DNA from: Mycoplasmataceae bacterium
GTDB lineage: Bacteria > Bacillota_I > Bacilli_A > Mycoplasmatales > Mycoplasmoidaceae
Length of the DNA stretch: 64,000 nucleotides
Assembly: GCA_016288695.1 (NCBI GenBank)
Contig: JAEELD010000026.1
Coordinates: 17,774 to 81,773 of the forward strand
Direction of reading: 5' to 3'
Shown here: in pieces, positions 12,003 through 23,281 of the stretch
How the letters are laid out: every line of letters starts with the position of its first letter
Position numbering within the stretch: position 1 is the stretch's first letter
Position numbers and translations under genes: made by a program
The notes under the pieces: generated by a model
Seen by the model: only the letters and a program-made list of their open reading frames with translations
What the model was told of the DNA's origin: nothing
Database searches by the model: none

Positions 12003-12416
12003 TTATTTTTTAGGTCTTTTAGCACCATATGCTGATCTTTGTTGATTTCGATTAGAGACACCTTCAGTATCATAAACACCTCTCACAATATGGTATCTAA
12101 CTCCCGGAAGATCTTTAACTCTGCCGCCTCTAACTAAAACTATAGAGTGTTCTTGAAGATTGTGTCCAATCCCACCTATATATGCTAACACTTCTTGTCT
12201 ATTAGTTAATTTAACTTTCGCATATTTACGCAAAGCTGAATTTGGTTTTTTTGGTGTCATTGTACCAACACGAGTACATACACCTCTTTTTAAAGGATTA
12301 TTATTTCTTTTTTCTTTGTTGAGCAAAGTGTTAAAATTCCTGCTTAAGGCTGGGGATTTTGATTTAAACGTTTTTGTTTTTCGTCCATTGCGAATCAATT
12401 GTGATATTGTAGGCAT
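12003..12416 (-). CDS. rpsL: 30S ribosomal protein S12
   Basis: 137 aa. [13 protein letters not shown]...[18 protein letters not shown]...[19 protein letters not shown]. Confidence 0.98.
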   Translation of the reverse strand: MPTISQLIRNGRKTKTFKSKSPALSRNFNTLLNKEKRNNNPLKRGVCTRVGTMTPKKPNSALRKYAKVKLTNRQEVLAYIGGIGHNLQEHSIVLVRGGRVKDLPGVRYHIVRGVYDTEGVSNRNQQRSAYGAKRPKK

Positions 12417-12501
12417 TTATTCTCCAAATATTATGACAACTTGTCTGTGTGTATCACATTATACACAAAAAAAAGAAAGTAAGTAATGAAATAAGAAATT
12501 T

Positions 12502-12837
12502 TTATTTGCTTTTATCTATTTTCTCTTCTATTTCTGCGATTTTCTTAGCTAAAACATTATTTGAATATCCTTCTTTTTTTAACAAATTATTTTCTTCCCT
12601 AAGAGCATTAATAACCTTGTCTTTATCAAGTAAAACTTTTTCATTTTCTTTAATTATTTTATTTAGATTTGAAATTTCTGTTGATACATTTTGCTCTAAT
12701 TTGTTAACTTCTTTAACATAGTTTATTACTTTATCAAAAAACATATCTACGTCATCTGGATCATAACCAGCATGGATTTTTGTTTCAAATTTCTTATTTA
12801 AAATTTCTTTTATTATTTGTTCAAAATTTATCTGCAT
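12502..12837 (-). CDS. DivIVA-domain protein (GpsB-like, small coiled-coil)
   Basis: 111 aa. N-terminal DivIVA signature KKFETKIHAGYDPDDVDMFFDKV followed by a heptad-like Lys/Glu/Asn-rich helix. Confidence 0.7.
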   Translation of the reverse strand: MQINFEQIIKEILNKKFETKIHAGYDPDDVDMFFDKVINYVKEVNKLEQNVSTEISNLNKIIKENEKVLLDKDKVINALREENNLLKKEGYSNNVLAKKIAEIEEKIDKSK

Positions 12838-12890
12838 AAAAGAGATTCATAATACTAATATAATTTTATAAATGAATTAATTTTGTTTCC

Positions 12891-13796
12891 ATGAATATTA
12901 AATTTAATAAAAATTTATATGTAAATAAACTTGACAAAAATAGTTTCAAAGTTTTATTAACAAAAGTTAACAAGTTAAGCTTATTTAAAGAAGAAAAAAA
13001 AAATCTAACTACATACAAAATTAATGATGTGACAGTTAATTTACATTCTAATGGTACAGTATGTATCCAGGGAAAAAATGTTGTTAATGTTGTAAAAACT
13101 TTTAATCTCCCATTTATTAGATATGAAAAAGAAAATGAAAATACTAATAAGCTAACAGCTTATGCTGGGTGTGATGAAGCTGGAACAGGATGATTTTTTG
13201 GGGGGATATGTGCATCATTAGCTTTTGTTAATGATGAAATTAAAAAAAAACTTAATGCATATAAAATTACAGATTCAAAAAAATTGGATGACAAATATAT
13301 CTTTGAAATAGCACCAAAAATTGAAAAAATTTGTAATTGTATATCATATGAAATGTCTCCTAATGAATATAACAACTTGTATATGAAATATAAAAATGCA
13401 AACATAATAAAAACTTATGCTCATGATTGCTGCATTTCTAAATTGCGTTCTTATTCACCAAATTCAATAGTTGTTATGGATAAATATTGTTCAGAAAGCA
13501 AATATAAAGAATATTTAAATAAAATTAACCCAAACTTCAATTATAACGATCATAAAATTAATATTTTTGAAACCAATGCTGAGAAAAAATATTTAGCAGT
13601 TGGTGCTGCAAGCATAGTCGCAAGATGAAAATTTATAAATCAATTTAAAAAATTATCAAAAATAGCAAATATAAGTAATTTTCCTATGGGTTCAACTAAT
13701 ATTTTTGGAATCAAAAAAGCAATTGGTGAATTGAAACAAAAATATAGCGAAAATAAGCTTAAAGATTTTTTAAAGCTTAATTTTTCTTTAAATTAA
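12891..13796 (+). CDS. rnhC: ribonuclease HIII
   Basis: Merges 12891-13193 and 13284-13628 plus a 3' extension (TGA-separated, same frame) to TAA 13794-13796, 301 aa. N-terminal TBP-like region, then GCDEAGTGWFFGG and a C-terminal AVGAASIVARW segment. Confidence 0.8.
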
Positions 13797-13806
13797 AATA
13801 AATTAG

Positions 13807-14547
13807 ATGAAAGGATCTCAAATGACTAAGAAATTAATTAGTAGAACAACAGTAAGACATTATTTAAACAAAAAAATTGAACAGAGTAAAATTAAAAGTT
13901 TAATTTCTGTAATTAATAATTCACCTTCATCAATGAATATCCAAGGTTTTTCAGCAATTTTTGTAACAGACAATAAGATTAAAAGAGAACTATCGAAATT
14001 GAATTTTAATCAGAAACATGTTTATGAAGCACCATTGGTAATTTTATTTTGTGCTGATTATAATTTGATAGATTTTATAGTAAAAAAAGAAAAGCTAAAA
14101 AAAGTAGATTATTTAAATTATCATCATTTTCTTATTTCTGTGATTGATGCAACAATTGCTGCTGCTCATTGTGAGGCATCAGCAATAGATATGGGACTTG
14201 GTACTTGTTTTTTAGGTGGAATAAGGCAAAATCTTAATAACCAAATTATGAAAATTTTAAAGATAAAAGGAAAATGTTTCCCAATCTTGGGATTAGCGAT
14301 TGGTTATCCTGCACGGAATAATGTATTAAAACCTAAAATAAATAAAGTTTTTATCAATAAATACCGTGAAATTAAAAGTATTCCAACAAAATTAGATGAA
14401 TACGATAGCCGAATGAAAAAATTTTATAAAAGTGTTTTTAATATAGATAAAAACTTTTCTGAGATTACAGCAAAATCGCTAAATTCTTTAAACTGCAATG
14501 ATTTAGTGAAAAAAATTAAAAAATATTTCTTTAATAAAATTAAATAA
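13807..14547 (+). CDS. NAD(P)H-dependent nitroreductase family flavoprotein (NfrA-like)
   Basis: 246 aa. ISRTTVRHYLNKKIEQSKIKSLISVINNSPSSMNIQGFSAIFV and CFLGGIR are typical of the nitroreductase fold. Alternative start ATG 13819, preceded by AAAGGA. Confidence 0.8.
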   Translation: MKGSQMTKKLISRTTVRHYLNKKIEQSKIKSLISVINNSPSSMNIQGFSAIFVTDNKIKRELSKLNFNQKHVYEAPLVILFCADYNLIDFIVKKEKLKKVDYLNYHHFLISVIDATIAAAHCEASAIDMGLGTCFLGGIRQNLNNQIMKILKIKGKCFPILGLAIGYPARNNVLKPKINKVFINKYREIKSIPTKLDEYDSRMKKFYKSVFNIDKNFSEITAKSLNSLNCNDLVKKIKKYFFNKIK

Positions 14548-14581
14548 AATCGATAATTTTCGATTTATTGATTAATTAATA

Positions 14582-14782
14582 TTATTTAGATTCACGTTTT
14601 TTAATACGTTCTGAAAGTGCATCTAAATATTTTGCATAACTATCTTTGTTTGGTAAGTAATATTCTGGCATTTCTTTGGCATAATATTCGCGCTTACGAA
14701 TTCATGATTTTTTTCTATATTCTAATCATTCTTTATCGTTCATTTTTCTTATATCTTCACCAGTTATTAATAATTTAGCCAT
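14582..14782 (-). CDS. hypothetical 66-aa basic protein (hidden by two UGA codons)
   Basis: ATG 14782 to TAA 14582-14584. AAAGGG RBS 6 nt upstream of the ATG. Product MAKLLITGEDIRKMNDKEWLEYRKKSWIRKREYYAKEMPEYYLPNKDSYAKYLDALSERIKKRESK. Both Trp are TGA. It fills an otherwise empty gap between the nitroreductase and HIT genes. Confidence 0.6.
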
Positions 14783-14911
14783 AATTTGCCCTTTCTTTTT
14801 AGCAAAGTAAATATTTTTATTTACTATAATTAGTTTTTATTATACATAATAATTTTTATGGTGATGCATATTAAAACCACACATAAAGATATTTTTGTTA
14901 TTAATTAAGAT

Positions 14912-15325
14912 ATGAGTTGTATTTTTTGTGATGTTGTTAATCGTTCAATAAAAGCGAAAATAATTGATGAAAATGAATTGTCATTAGCTTTTATGGATAT
15001 TAATCCAGTTTCCGATGGGCACATACTAGTTATAAGTAAAAAACATTATCGTTGTTTTAGTGAAACTCCTCCAGAAACATTAGCATCAATGGCTAGTTTA
15101 TGCTATAAAGTTGCAAATAAAATATCAAATAGTAAATTGAAACCATTAGGATTTAATTATTTGTGTAACGAAGGTGAAATAGCAGGACAAATTATTTTTC
15201 ATGTACACATACACATTATCCCAAAATATAAAAAAGATGAAGGTTTCAAGCCATCAGCTGTTAAAAGACATAATTTAAATTCTTCATTAGACGAAATTTA
15301 TCAAATGATAATGGATTCAAAATAA
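14912..15325 (+). CDS. HIT-family (histidine triad) nucleotide hydrolase
   Basis: 137 aa. CIFCDV..., DINPVSDGHILVISKKH, and the histidine triad HVHIHIIP. Confidence 0.92.
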   Translation: MSCIFCDVVNRSIKAKIIDENELSLAFMDINPVSDGHILVISKKHYRCFSETPPETLASMASLCYKVANKISNSKLKPLGFNYLCNEGEIAGQIIFHVHIHIIPKYKKDEGFKPSAVKRHNLNSSLDEIYQMIMDSK

Positions 15326-15335
15326 AATAACAATT

Positions 15336-16148
15336 TTATCACTTCAATAAAAAAAATTTTTTAATTTTTTCTATATTAGATTGAATTATTCTTTTTAATT
15401 GGAGCAAATTTTTACATTTTCTTATATGAGATATTCTTTTAATAAATAAAATTTTTACTTTTTTTCCATATTTCAAAGCTTCTTTTTCAAAATCTTTTAA
15501 TATGTGCGTTTCTATCATTTGAACATTTTTCAACTTATTTACATAAGTTGCACCATAAAATTTTTTATTATCTGCTATGCAGAATGAAGCATAAACACCA
15601 TCTCGCAAAATAAATGGATTTTTTCTATTAATATTTATTGTCGGAAAGCCAATCTTTCTTCCAAATTGTTTATTTTTTACTATTACTCCTTCTAAGTAAA
15701 TAGGAAGAAGCAATGATTTATTTGCTTTTTCAACCATACCCTTTGCATATAATTTTTTTATTTTTGTAGTTCGGAATCTTTCATCAACTTTTATATTTTT
15801 CACTAAAAAAAACTTTTTTAACAAGTTAACGTCTCCATTAGCATTTCTACCAAATTTAAAATCATCACCAACAATTATTGTGCTTGGTTTAATTGATAGG
15901 AGAATATTTTGGATAAAATCTACTGCTTCCATATTATTAACATGAACATCAAAAGCAAAAATATTTTTTGGTTTAAAAAAATCAATATTTTTTTTTCGTG
16001 ATGATAAATCATTAAAATATTTTTTTTTGTTAGGTAAATTAATTATTATTAAGACATTGAAATTATTTGGTTTGCATTCATTAAAAAGTTTCTTATGTCC
16101 TTTATGAATTACATCAAAACTTCCAATTATCAAAGGTAATTTTTTCAT
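15336..16148 (-). CDS. ribF: bifunctional riboflavin kinase / FMN adenylyltransferase
   Basis: GSFDVIHKGHKKL (FAD synthetase motif) and GRKIGFPTININ (riboflavin kinase). The track end 15339 is a TGA. Under code 4 the frame adds one Trp and stops at TAA 15336-15338. Confidence 0.87.
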
Positions 16149-16874
16149 TTAGCTCGAATGTTGTTTTTTTATCTCATATAAAATTATGCCAGCAGCAACA
16201 GACACATTTAACGACTGTGTTTTACCATACATTTTAATTTTTACTAGCATATCTGAATTATCTTTTAATAATTTTGATATTCCTATATTTTCATTACCTA
16301 CTATTAGTGCGGTTTTATTATCGAATTTTGTTTTACTTACAAAATTTGCTTTATTATCTATAGCAGATGCATATATCCAATAGCCTACTTCTTTCAATTT
16401 TCTAATTGCATTGCTTAAATTATTTACATAAAAAATATTAATCCTCTCATCTGCACCTAGTGATGTTTTTTTAACATAGTCATTTACTTTTACTTGCATG
16501 TTATTTTTACAAATTATTGCATCCACACAAAAAATTTCTGCTGATCTTATAATTGCACCAAAATTATGTGGATTTTGGATTGAATCTAAAATCAAAATAA
16601 TTGATTTTTTTAATTGTTTGGCGTACAACAAAAATTTGTCAAAGCTAATAACTTTAGCATCATTAAGAAAAGTTATTACATCTTCACCACCATGGGTATT
16701 CCCATTGAATTTCAAAAAGAAATTAACATTTGTTATTTTGTAATTGATTTTATTTTTTCTTAATATATCTATTAATTGTTTATTGTTTTTTTTAAAATAT
16801 ACTATTTTTATTTCACTCTTGTCTATGCTAATTTGATCTAATAATGGTTTCTTTCCAAATAAATATCTTTGCAT
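16149..16874 (-). CDS. TrmH/SpoU-family RNA 2'-O-methyltransferase (RlmB-like)
   Basis: 241 aa. SpoU motifs NPHNFGAIIRSAEIF, LIVGNENIGIS, SLNVSVAAGIILYE. Confidence 0.85.
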   Translation of the reverse strand: MQRYLFGKKPLLDQISIDKSEIKIVYFKKNNKQLIDILRKNKINYKITNVNFFLKFNGNTHGGEDVITFLNDAKVISFDKFLLYAKQLKKSIILILDSIQNPHNFGAIIRSAEIFCVDAIICKNNMQVKVNDYVKKTSLGADERINIFYVNNLSNAIRKLKEVGYWIYASAIDNKANFVSKTKFDNKTALIVGNENIGISKLLKDNSDMLVKIKMYGKTQSLNVSVAAGIILYEIKKQHSS

Positions 16875-17632
16875 TATTTATAAAATCTTAAAAAAAAGAT
16901 AAGAAGAGTTCACATTAAAGAAATAAAATTAACTAAAATATTGTACCCAAAGAAAAAATTTAATTTAATCATCATTTTTTTATCTTTATTTTCATCTAAT
17001 TCAATAAAGTATGTAGAGTTTTTTATAAAAGAAATGCTTGATATCAATGATAAAGAAAGATAAATCATAAATATTGAATAGATAAAAAACATGTTTAAAT
17101 TTATTAGATTAAAAATCATTAAAAAGAGACTAACTAGTAATGAGGAAAGAATAATAATAAAAAATAATCAATTTATTTTAGCAATGTTTATAGCAGCCTT
17201 CAAGCTAATCAAATAACCAATAAAGACTAGTAGAATGCAAATAGAACCGCCTGTAGAAAAAAAAGCTAAAGCAACAAAAGGAGAATGAATTATTTCAGAA
17301 TTTAATAATTCCGAAAAAATTAACCCAAAAAAGAATGATTCAGCCATAATATACAGAAATGAAATCAAAATCTCCAAAACTAAAGATTTAGTATTTAATC
17401 TCATGAAAGAAAACATTCCAAGAATTGAAGATAGAAAAAATAAAATTATTCCAATTGACCAAATAACAATTTTGTTCTCAAAAGATTTAAATAATCAACA
17501 AAATAAAGTTGAAAGCAATGCTATAAATACAAAGCATATTCCTGCATATAAAAGTGACCCATTCAATACTCTATGCTGCTTTAAATTTAAATTTTTTTGT
17601 GGACTAAAAAATTGAGTTTCTCTTTCAAACAT
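16874..17632 (-). CDS. multi-pass membrane protein, possibly Bax-inhibitor-1/YccA family
   Basis: Merges 16910-17119 and 17168-17416 with 5' and 3' extensions (same frame, TGA only), 252 aa. About 7 hydrophobic segments. C-terminus ...FGYNILVNFISLMWTLLIFFLRFYK loosely resembles the BI-1 C-terminal motif. Its stop overlaps the downstream methyltransferase ATG by 1 nt. Confidence 0.45.
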
Positions 17633-17765
17633 ATCAAGTGTGTTTAATTATACCAATAATAAATTTGCAAACATTTTAAAAAAAGATAATATTGCATATT
17701 TTTTATATAGTATTAAAAAAGCATAAGACGAATTGACATATGTTAATTTCTAAGAAAGGAAAAAT

Positions 17766-19067
17766 ATGCAAATATTAAAAGAAACAATTGGAGAAAAAGA
17801 ATCAGTTTATTTAATTTCACCAAGTGATGAAATTTGAAAAAATGCTATTTTGTCAGAAGAACAAAAAGAAATAAGTAACTTAGCACTACCTGGCTTTAGA
17901 AAAGGACATATTCCAAAGAATATAGCTATAAAATCAATAAATAATGAAAAAGTACTTTACAATTCTGCTAACAAATTATCTAATTCATTAATGGATGATT
18001 TTTACAATAGCGAAAAAATCAAAAATAATAAAAAAATTCTTCTCGCAAGTGTCTCTGCACAAATTGACACTTTGAATGCAAACTCACTAATTATCAAGAT
18101 TTTAATAGATAACAAACCTGAAATAAAAATTGATGAGTACAAAAACTGGAAATTTGATTTTAAAATTCCTTCTGTTGATGAGAAAGAGATAAATTTTACC
18201 ATTAAAAAACTTATTAAAAAAGATAGCATAGCTACTGTTAAAAATGATGGAAACGCTATTGAGAATGGTGATTTAGTTAAATTTGATTATAAAGGTTATA
18301 TTGATGATAAACCATTGCCTAATGGCGAAGCAAAAGATTATGAGTTAGAAATCGGTAGTGGTCAATTTATTGAAGGATTTGAATCTCAAATGGTAGGTTT
18401 AAAAAAAGGTGACAAAAAAACTATAAACGTTACTTTCCCTAATGATTACCACAACTCTCAGTTTTCGGGTAAAAATGCTAAATTTGAATTGTCTATTAAT
18501 GAAATTAGTTCATTAAAATATCCAAAACTTGATGATGAATACATCAAGAAAATGAATATAAAAGATGTAAATAATAAAAATGATTTAATCAAATATGTCA
18601 AAGAAAATTTAATGAAGTCAAAAGAACAAATTTTAATAAATGATTTAAAACCAAAATTATTTAAAAAAATTGAAGAATCTACAAGTTTATCATTTATGCC
18701 TGTAAATCTCTATACGAAACATTTTAATGAGAGAAAACTGCAATATGAAAATAATGCAAAAAAAAATAATGTAGATTTTGAAAAATACTTAAAAGATGAA
18801 TTGAAAATAAATTCAATTGATGACTTAAACAAAAAAATCAAAAATGAAGTTGAAAGCTTGATAAAATTTTCTTTCGGGAGGGATAAATTAATTAATGACT
18901 TATCAATAAAACCTGATGAGAATTTTGTTGAAGAGAATATACAAAATATTTCAAAAATGTACATGAAACCAGTTGAAGAATTAAAACAAGACAACTCAAT
19001 AATAAATTATCTTCAGCAAGAGAGTATAGATATGAATTTAGCTAAAACACTATTAAAAATCAAATAA
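17766..19067 (+). CDS. tig: trigger factor
   Basis: ATG 17766 after AAGGAAAAA. One TGA precedes the track ORF 17850-19067. 433 aa. PGFRKGHIPKNI, and FKBP domain GDLVKFDYKGYIDDKPLPNGEAKDYELEIGSGQFIEGFESQMVGLKKGD. Confidence 0.92.
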
Positions 19068-19078
19068 TCTTACAAATT

Positions 19079-19105
19079 TTAGCACTCTATGCTATAATTT
19101 GCTAA
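19079..19105 (+). promoter_or_regulatory. CIRCE-like HrcA operator overlapping an extended -10 (TGcTATAAT, 19090-19098) upstream of lon
   Basis: TTAGCACTC-N9-ATTTGCTAA. The left arm is identical to the CIRCE consensus TTAGCACTC-N9-GAGTGCTAA and the right arm matches 6/9. It ends 13 nt upstream of the lon ATG (19119). Confidence 0.6.
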
Positions 19106-19118
19106 ATAAGTACTTACT

Positions 19119-21431
19119 ATGCAAAAAATAATTCTTGTAACTCGTGGGATATTAGTATTACCATATTGTAAAAAAACAATAATCGTAGCCAGAAGCAAAT
19201 CGGTGAAAGCTTTGCTTTTTTCATTAAAAACGAATAAACAAATTGTTATAACTTCACAAAATGACCCTAACATAGAAGAATATTCAACCAATGATGTTTA
19301 TCATGTTGGTTCATTATGTGAAATAATTTCATGCAATAAATCTGATCAAACAGAAACTGGTGATAATGATACTTATACAGTTGTCATTGAAGGAAAACAA
19401 AGAGTGAATATATCAAATTTGAAATTTGATAAAAATGGGTATTACACATGTGATATTTCACAGATAAAAGAACAAACAGTTGCATTAGATAAATTAAAAA
19501 CTGAATTTGAACTTCTTCTTTCATTGTTTCAAAAGAAGAACAAAGAAAACTTATCGAATATTGTTAACTCGCCAAGTTTTCGAAAACAATCAATGATTTC
19601 TAAGACAGTAGATAAAATTGCCGATACTTTACCTTTATCTATTGTACAAATCAAAGATTTCTTATCAGAACCTAATCTAATAAATCGTATAAAATTTTTA
19701 CACACACAATTAGTTGATAGAACAGATCAATTAAAAATTGAAAATGAAATTAATTCCAAAATAAATCAAGAATTAACAAAACAACAGAAAGAATTTTACC
19801 TTAAGCAAAAAATTTCTGTAATAAAAGATGAACTAGGGAAAATCTCACCTAGTGAAAATGACCCTAAAAGTTTAAGAAATAAAGTAGAATCAAATCCTTA
19901 TCCTGCTGATATAAAAAAAAGAGCTTTTGAAGAAATAACTCATATTGAAACAAATATGAATCCACAAGAGAATGCAATAATCAGAACTTATCTTGATTGA
20001 TTGCTTAACATTCCTTACTGAACTAAGACAAATGATAATAAAGATATATCAAGTGTAGAAAAAACATTGAATGCTTCTCATTTTGGCTTAGAAAAAGTAA
20101 AAGAACGAATTATTGAATACCTTGCAGTTAAAAATCGTAATCCAAATTCTAAATCACCAATATTGTGTCTTGTAGGTCCTCCAGGGGTTGGAAAGTCAAC
20201 ATTGGCAAGATCAATCGCTAATGCACTTGGTAAAAAATTTGTTAAAATGGCTCTTGGTGGCGTTCATGATGAATCAGAGATACGAGGTCATAGAAAAACA
20301 TATTTGGGTTCAATGCCTGGAAGAATAATTAAATGTATGAAAAAAGCAGAAGTTATTAACCCTCTTTTTTTACTTGACGAAATTGACAAAATGACTAGTG
20401 ATAATGTACATGGCGACCCAACTTCAGCATTACTAGAAGTATTAGATCCAGAACAAAATTCTTCATTTGTTGATAATTATTTAGAAGAGGCATATGATCT
20501 AAGTCAAGTTATGTTTGTTGCCACAGCAAACTACCCTGAGCAAATTCCAGAACCTCTTTATGATAGATTAGAAATCATTGAATTAACTTCATACACTGAA
20601 CATGAAAAATTAGAAATAGCAAAAAAATACTCGATCCCAAAAATTTTAAAAGAAACTAATTTAACAAAGTTAGAATTAAAATTTAATGATGATGCGATAA
20701 TGTTTATTATTAATCATTACACAAAAGAAGCTGGAGTTAGAGAGTTAGAAAGATTAATTAATAAAATAGCAAGAAAATTCATAGTTAAACAATTACATAA
20801 AAAAATTAAAAATCAAATTATTGATATCAATGCTGTAAAAGAATATTTAGATAAAGAAATATATGACTTTAATGTGAAAGATGAAAAAAATCTTCCAGGA
20901 GTTGTCAATGGGATGGCTTATACATTGGCAGGTGGTGATTTACTGCCAATTGAAGTAACATATTTTAAAGGTAAGGGTAACATATCTATTACAGGTAATT
21001 TAAAAGAAACAATGCGTGAATCAGCAACTGTAGCATTAGGTTATGTTAAAGCAAATGCAAATAAATTTAAGTTAGATAAATTCAGTTTTAAAGATTTTGA
21101 TATTCATATACATGTGCCTAGTGGAGGCATCCCAAAAGATGGGCCAAGTGCAGGTGTAACTCTCACTACTGCAATTATCTCTTCACTAACAAATACTCCT
21201 GTGTCAAGTAATATAGCAATGACAGGTGAAATCACTTTACGTGGCAAAGTATTAATTATTGGTGGAGTTAAAGAAAAAGTTATCTCTGCTTTTAGAAGTG
21301 GCATTAATGAAATTTTTATTCCAAAAGATGATGAACGATATCTAAAAGATGTACCAGTTGAAGTAAGAAAAAAAATAAAATTCCATTTTGTCAAAGAATA
21401 TAGCGACATTTATAATGCAATTTTTGGTTAG
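19119..21431 (+). CDS. lon: ATP-dependent Lon protease
   Basis: Merges 19119-20000 and 20067-21431 (same frame), 770 aa. Walker A GPPGVGKST, and the protease catalytic region PKDGPSAGVT. Confidence 0.96.
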
Positions 21432-21488
21432 AATTTAATTTTCTTCATTTGTATAATATATTGATAGTTAAAATACATATTATCCCTT

Positions 21489-21959
21489 ATGCATAATGAT
21501 GGTGGTTTTATTTCACAAAAAAAATTTACTGAAATATCATCAAAAGTAAATCATAAATTTTTATTAAGAAAATTTTTCTGTGTTATTTCATTTATTCTTT
21601 TAATTGGACTTACTCTAATGTTGTTTATTGCGTATGCTTTACCAACTTCAAATTTTAAATTAACAACAAATGATTCTAAATCATGTTGAATTAATATAAA
21701 GATAGCAGAAAATACATACATTTCTAATACTGGTCTGATTATGTTCTTACTTATATTTTTTGTTTTTTTACTATCAATAATTTCAATATTTTTAGTAATA
21801 AAAATTCCAAGTCCAAATTCTGTGACAAAAGCTAATAGATTTTTACTATCTCATCCTATTTCTGGTTTAAAAACTAAAAAACAAAAAAATGAGAGTATTG
21901 CTTCATATCATAAAAGATTAACTACTGGAAAAATTAAAAAAGGGCGATTAAAAAAATAA
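21489..21959 (+). CDS. hypothetical membrane protein
   Basis: Merges 21489-21689 and 21741-21959 (same frame through TGA 21687), 156 aa. Two hydrophobic segments and a Lys-rich C-terminus. Confidence 0.5.
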
Positions 21960-21981
21960 TTTGGCTTTTAACTAACTCAAT

Positions 21982-23259
21982 TTACTTAGTTCGCAAAAGT
22001 TCAAACATTTTATCTTTATATAATTCAACCCCAGGCTGATCAAATGGATTTAATTTTAATAAATATGCGCTCATCATGGCTGCTTTTGCTAATCATATAA
22101 ACAAATATCCATAATGAAATTCATCAGCTTTAGAAATTTGAATCACTAAATTATTAACCTTTCCTGATACCGAATGTGCAAAAACAGTCCCTTCAAAGGC
22201 TTTTTGTGTTATTGTTGATAATTTTATGTTGTTTAAATATTGCAATCCATCATTATTATTATCAATTTTTAATCTAATATCATAATTTGGTTTATCCACA
22301 ATTAGAGTAGTTTCAAAAAAATTTTTGGTTCCTTGCTGTAAATATTGACCTAATGAATGCAAATCAGTTGTAAAAGTTGAATATGTTGGAAAAAGAGCTT
22401 TACCATTTTTTCCTTCTGATTCTCCAAAAAGTTGTTGCCATTGAGAAGCAATCATTGTCAAATTTGGATCATAAACTACAAAATTTTCAATTTGTAATTT
22501 TTTGACTGTATAAAAATAATATCGATAACAAGCATATTGATAAGCTGTGTTGGCACGCAAAATAGGTGTATCAAGCTCTTTTAATGCTGCTTTTGCACCA
22601 GCAAGAATTTTTTTTATATCAATGCCGGCCAAGGCAACAGGCAGCAGTCCAGCATTTGTCAATGTAGAAAATCTACCTCCAATGTTATTAGGTATTGAAA
22701 GTATATGATATCCCTTAATTGATGAAAATTTATTTAATATGCTATCATTTTTACTTGTAACTACTGCTATACATTTCCTTGCTTGTGACAACCCAACATT
22801 TTCTTCAAGTCTCTTTCTAAAAATTCTAAATGCAACTGATGGCTCTATTGTTTTACCAGATTTTGAAATAACTACTATCCCAAAACATTTACCAACTCTA
22901 TCAAGGATAGGCAATAAAAAATCACTATTGATGTTATGAACAAAAAATAAATTAAATAATCTATCTTTTGGTGATAGCATATCTATTATAGCTTTTGCTC
23001 CAATATAACTGCCGCCTATACCAATAATAACAACATTTTTAATTTTAAGTTTTATTCATTCTTTTTTAATTTTTTCTATCAAATCAATGTCAACATTCTT
23101 CTGTAACAAGTTAATTTCCATTCAATCAGTCATCAAAGAACCATGTGCAGTTTTTTTTTGAACATTCTCGCAGATGTGAATAACATTTTTTGAATATTTT
23201 TTATTTAGGGATTTTAGATTAATTTTATCTCTTAAAAAATCAGTATTAAATCTTAGCAT
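21982..23259 (-). CDS. pgi: glucose-6-phosphate isomerase
   Basis: Track ORF 22093-22980 extended both ways through TGA codons: ATG 23259 ([18 protein letters not shown]...), TAA 21982-21984, 425 aa. [27 protein letters not shown], and C-terminal [12 protein letters not shown]. Confidence 0.92.
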
Positions 23260-23281
23260 ACATTTTACATCTAAAGATATT

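Noticed and set aside
12458-12463. TATAAT (minus strand) inside the inverted repeat GTGTAT-N6-ATACAC upstream of rpsL, a possible str-operon promoter or leader structure
   Set aside because: The position is reasonable (about 40 nt upstream of the rpsL ATG). However, there is no recognisable -35 and the background of TATAAT-like hexamers is high, so I did not report it as a feature.
14807-14830. Perfect 7-bp palindrome GTAAATA-TTTT-TATTTAC directly abutting a TATAAT box in the divergent region between the 66-aa ORF and the HIT gene, a possible operator
   Set aside because: In DNA this AT-rich, both a 7-bp A/T palindrome and a TATAAT hexamer are expected by chance. There is no second copy in the window and no regulator nearby.
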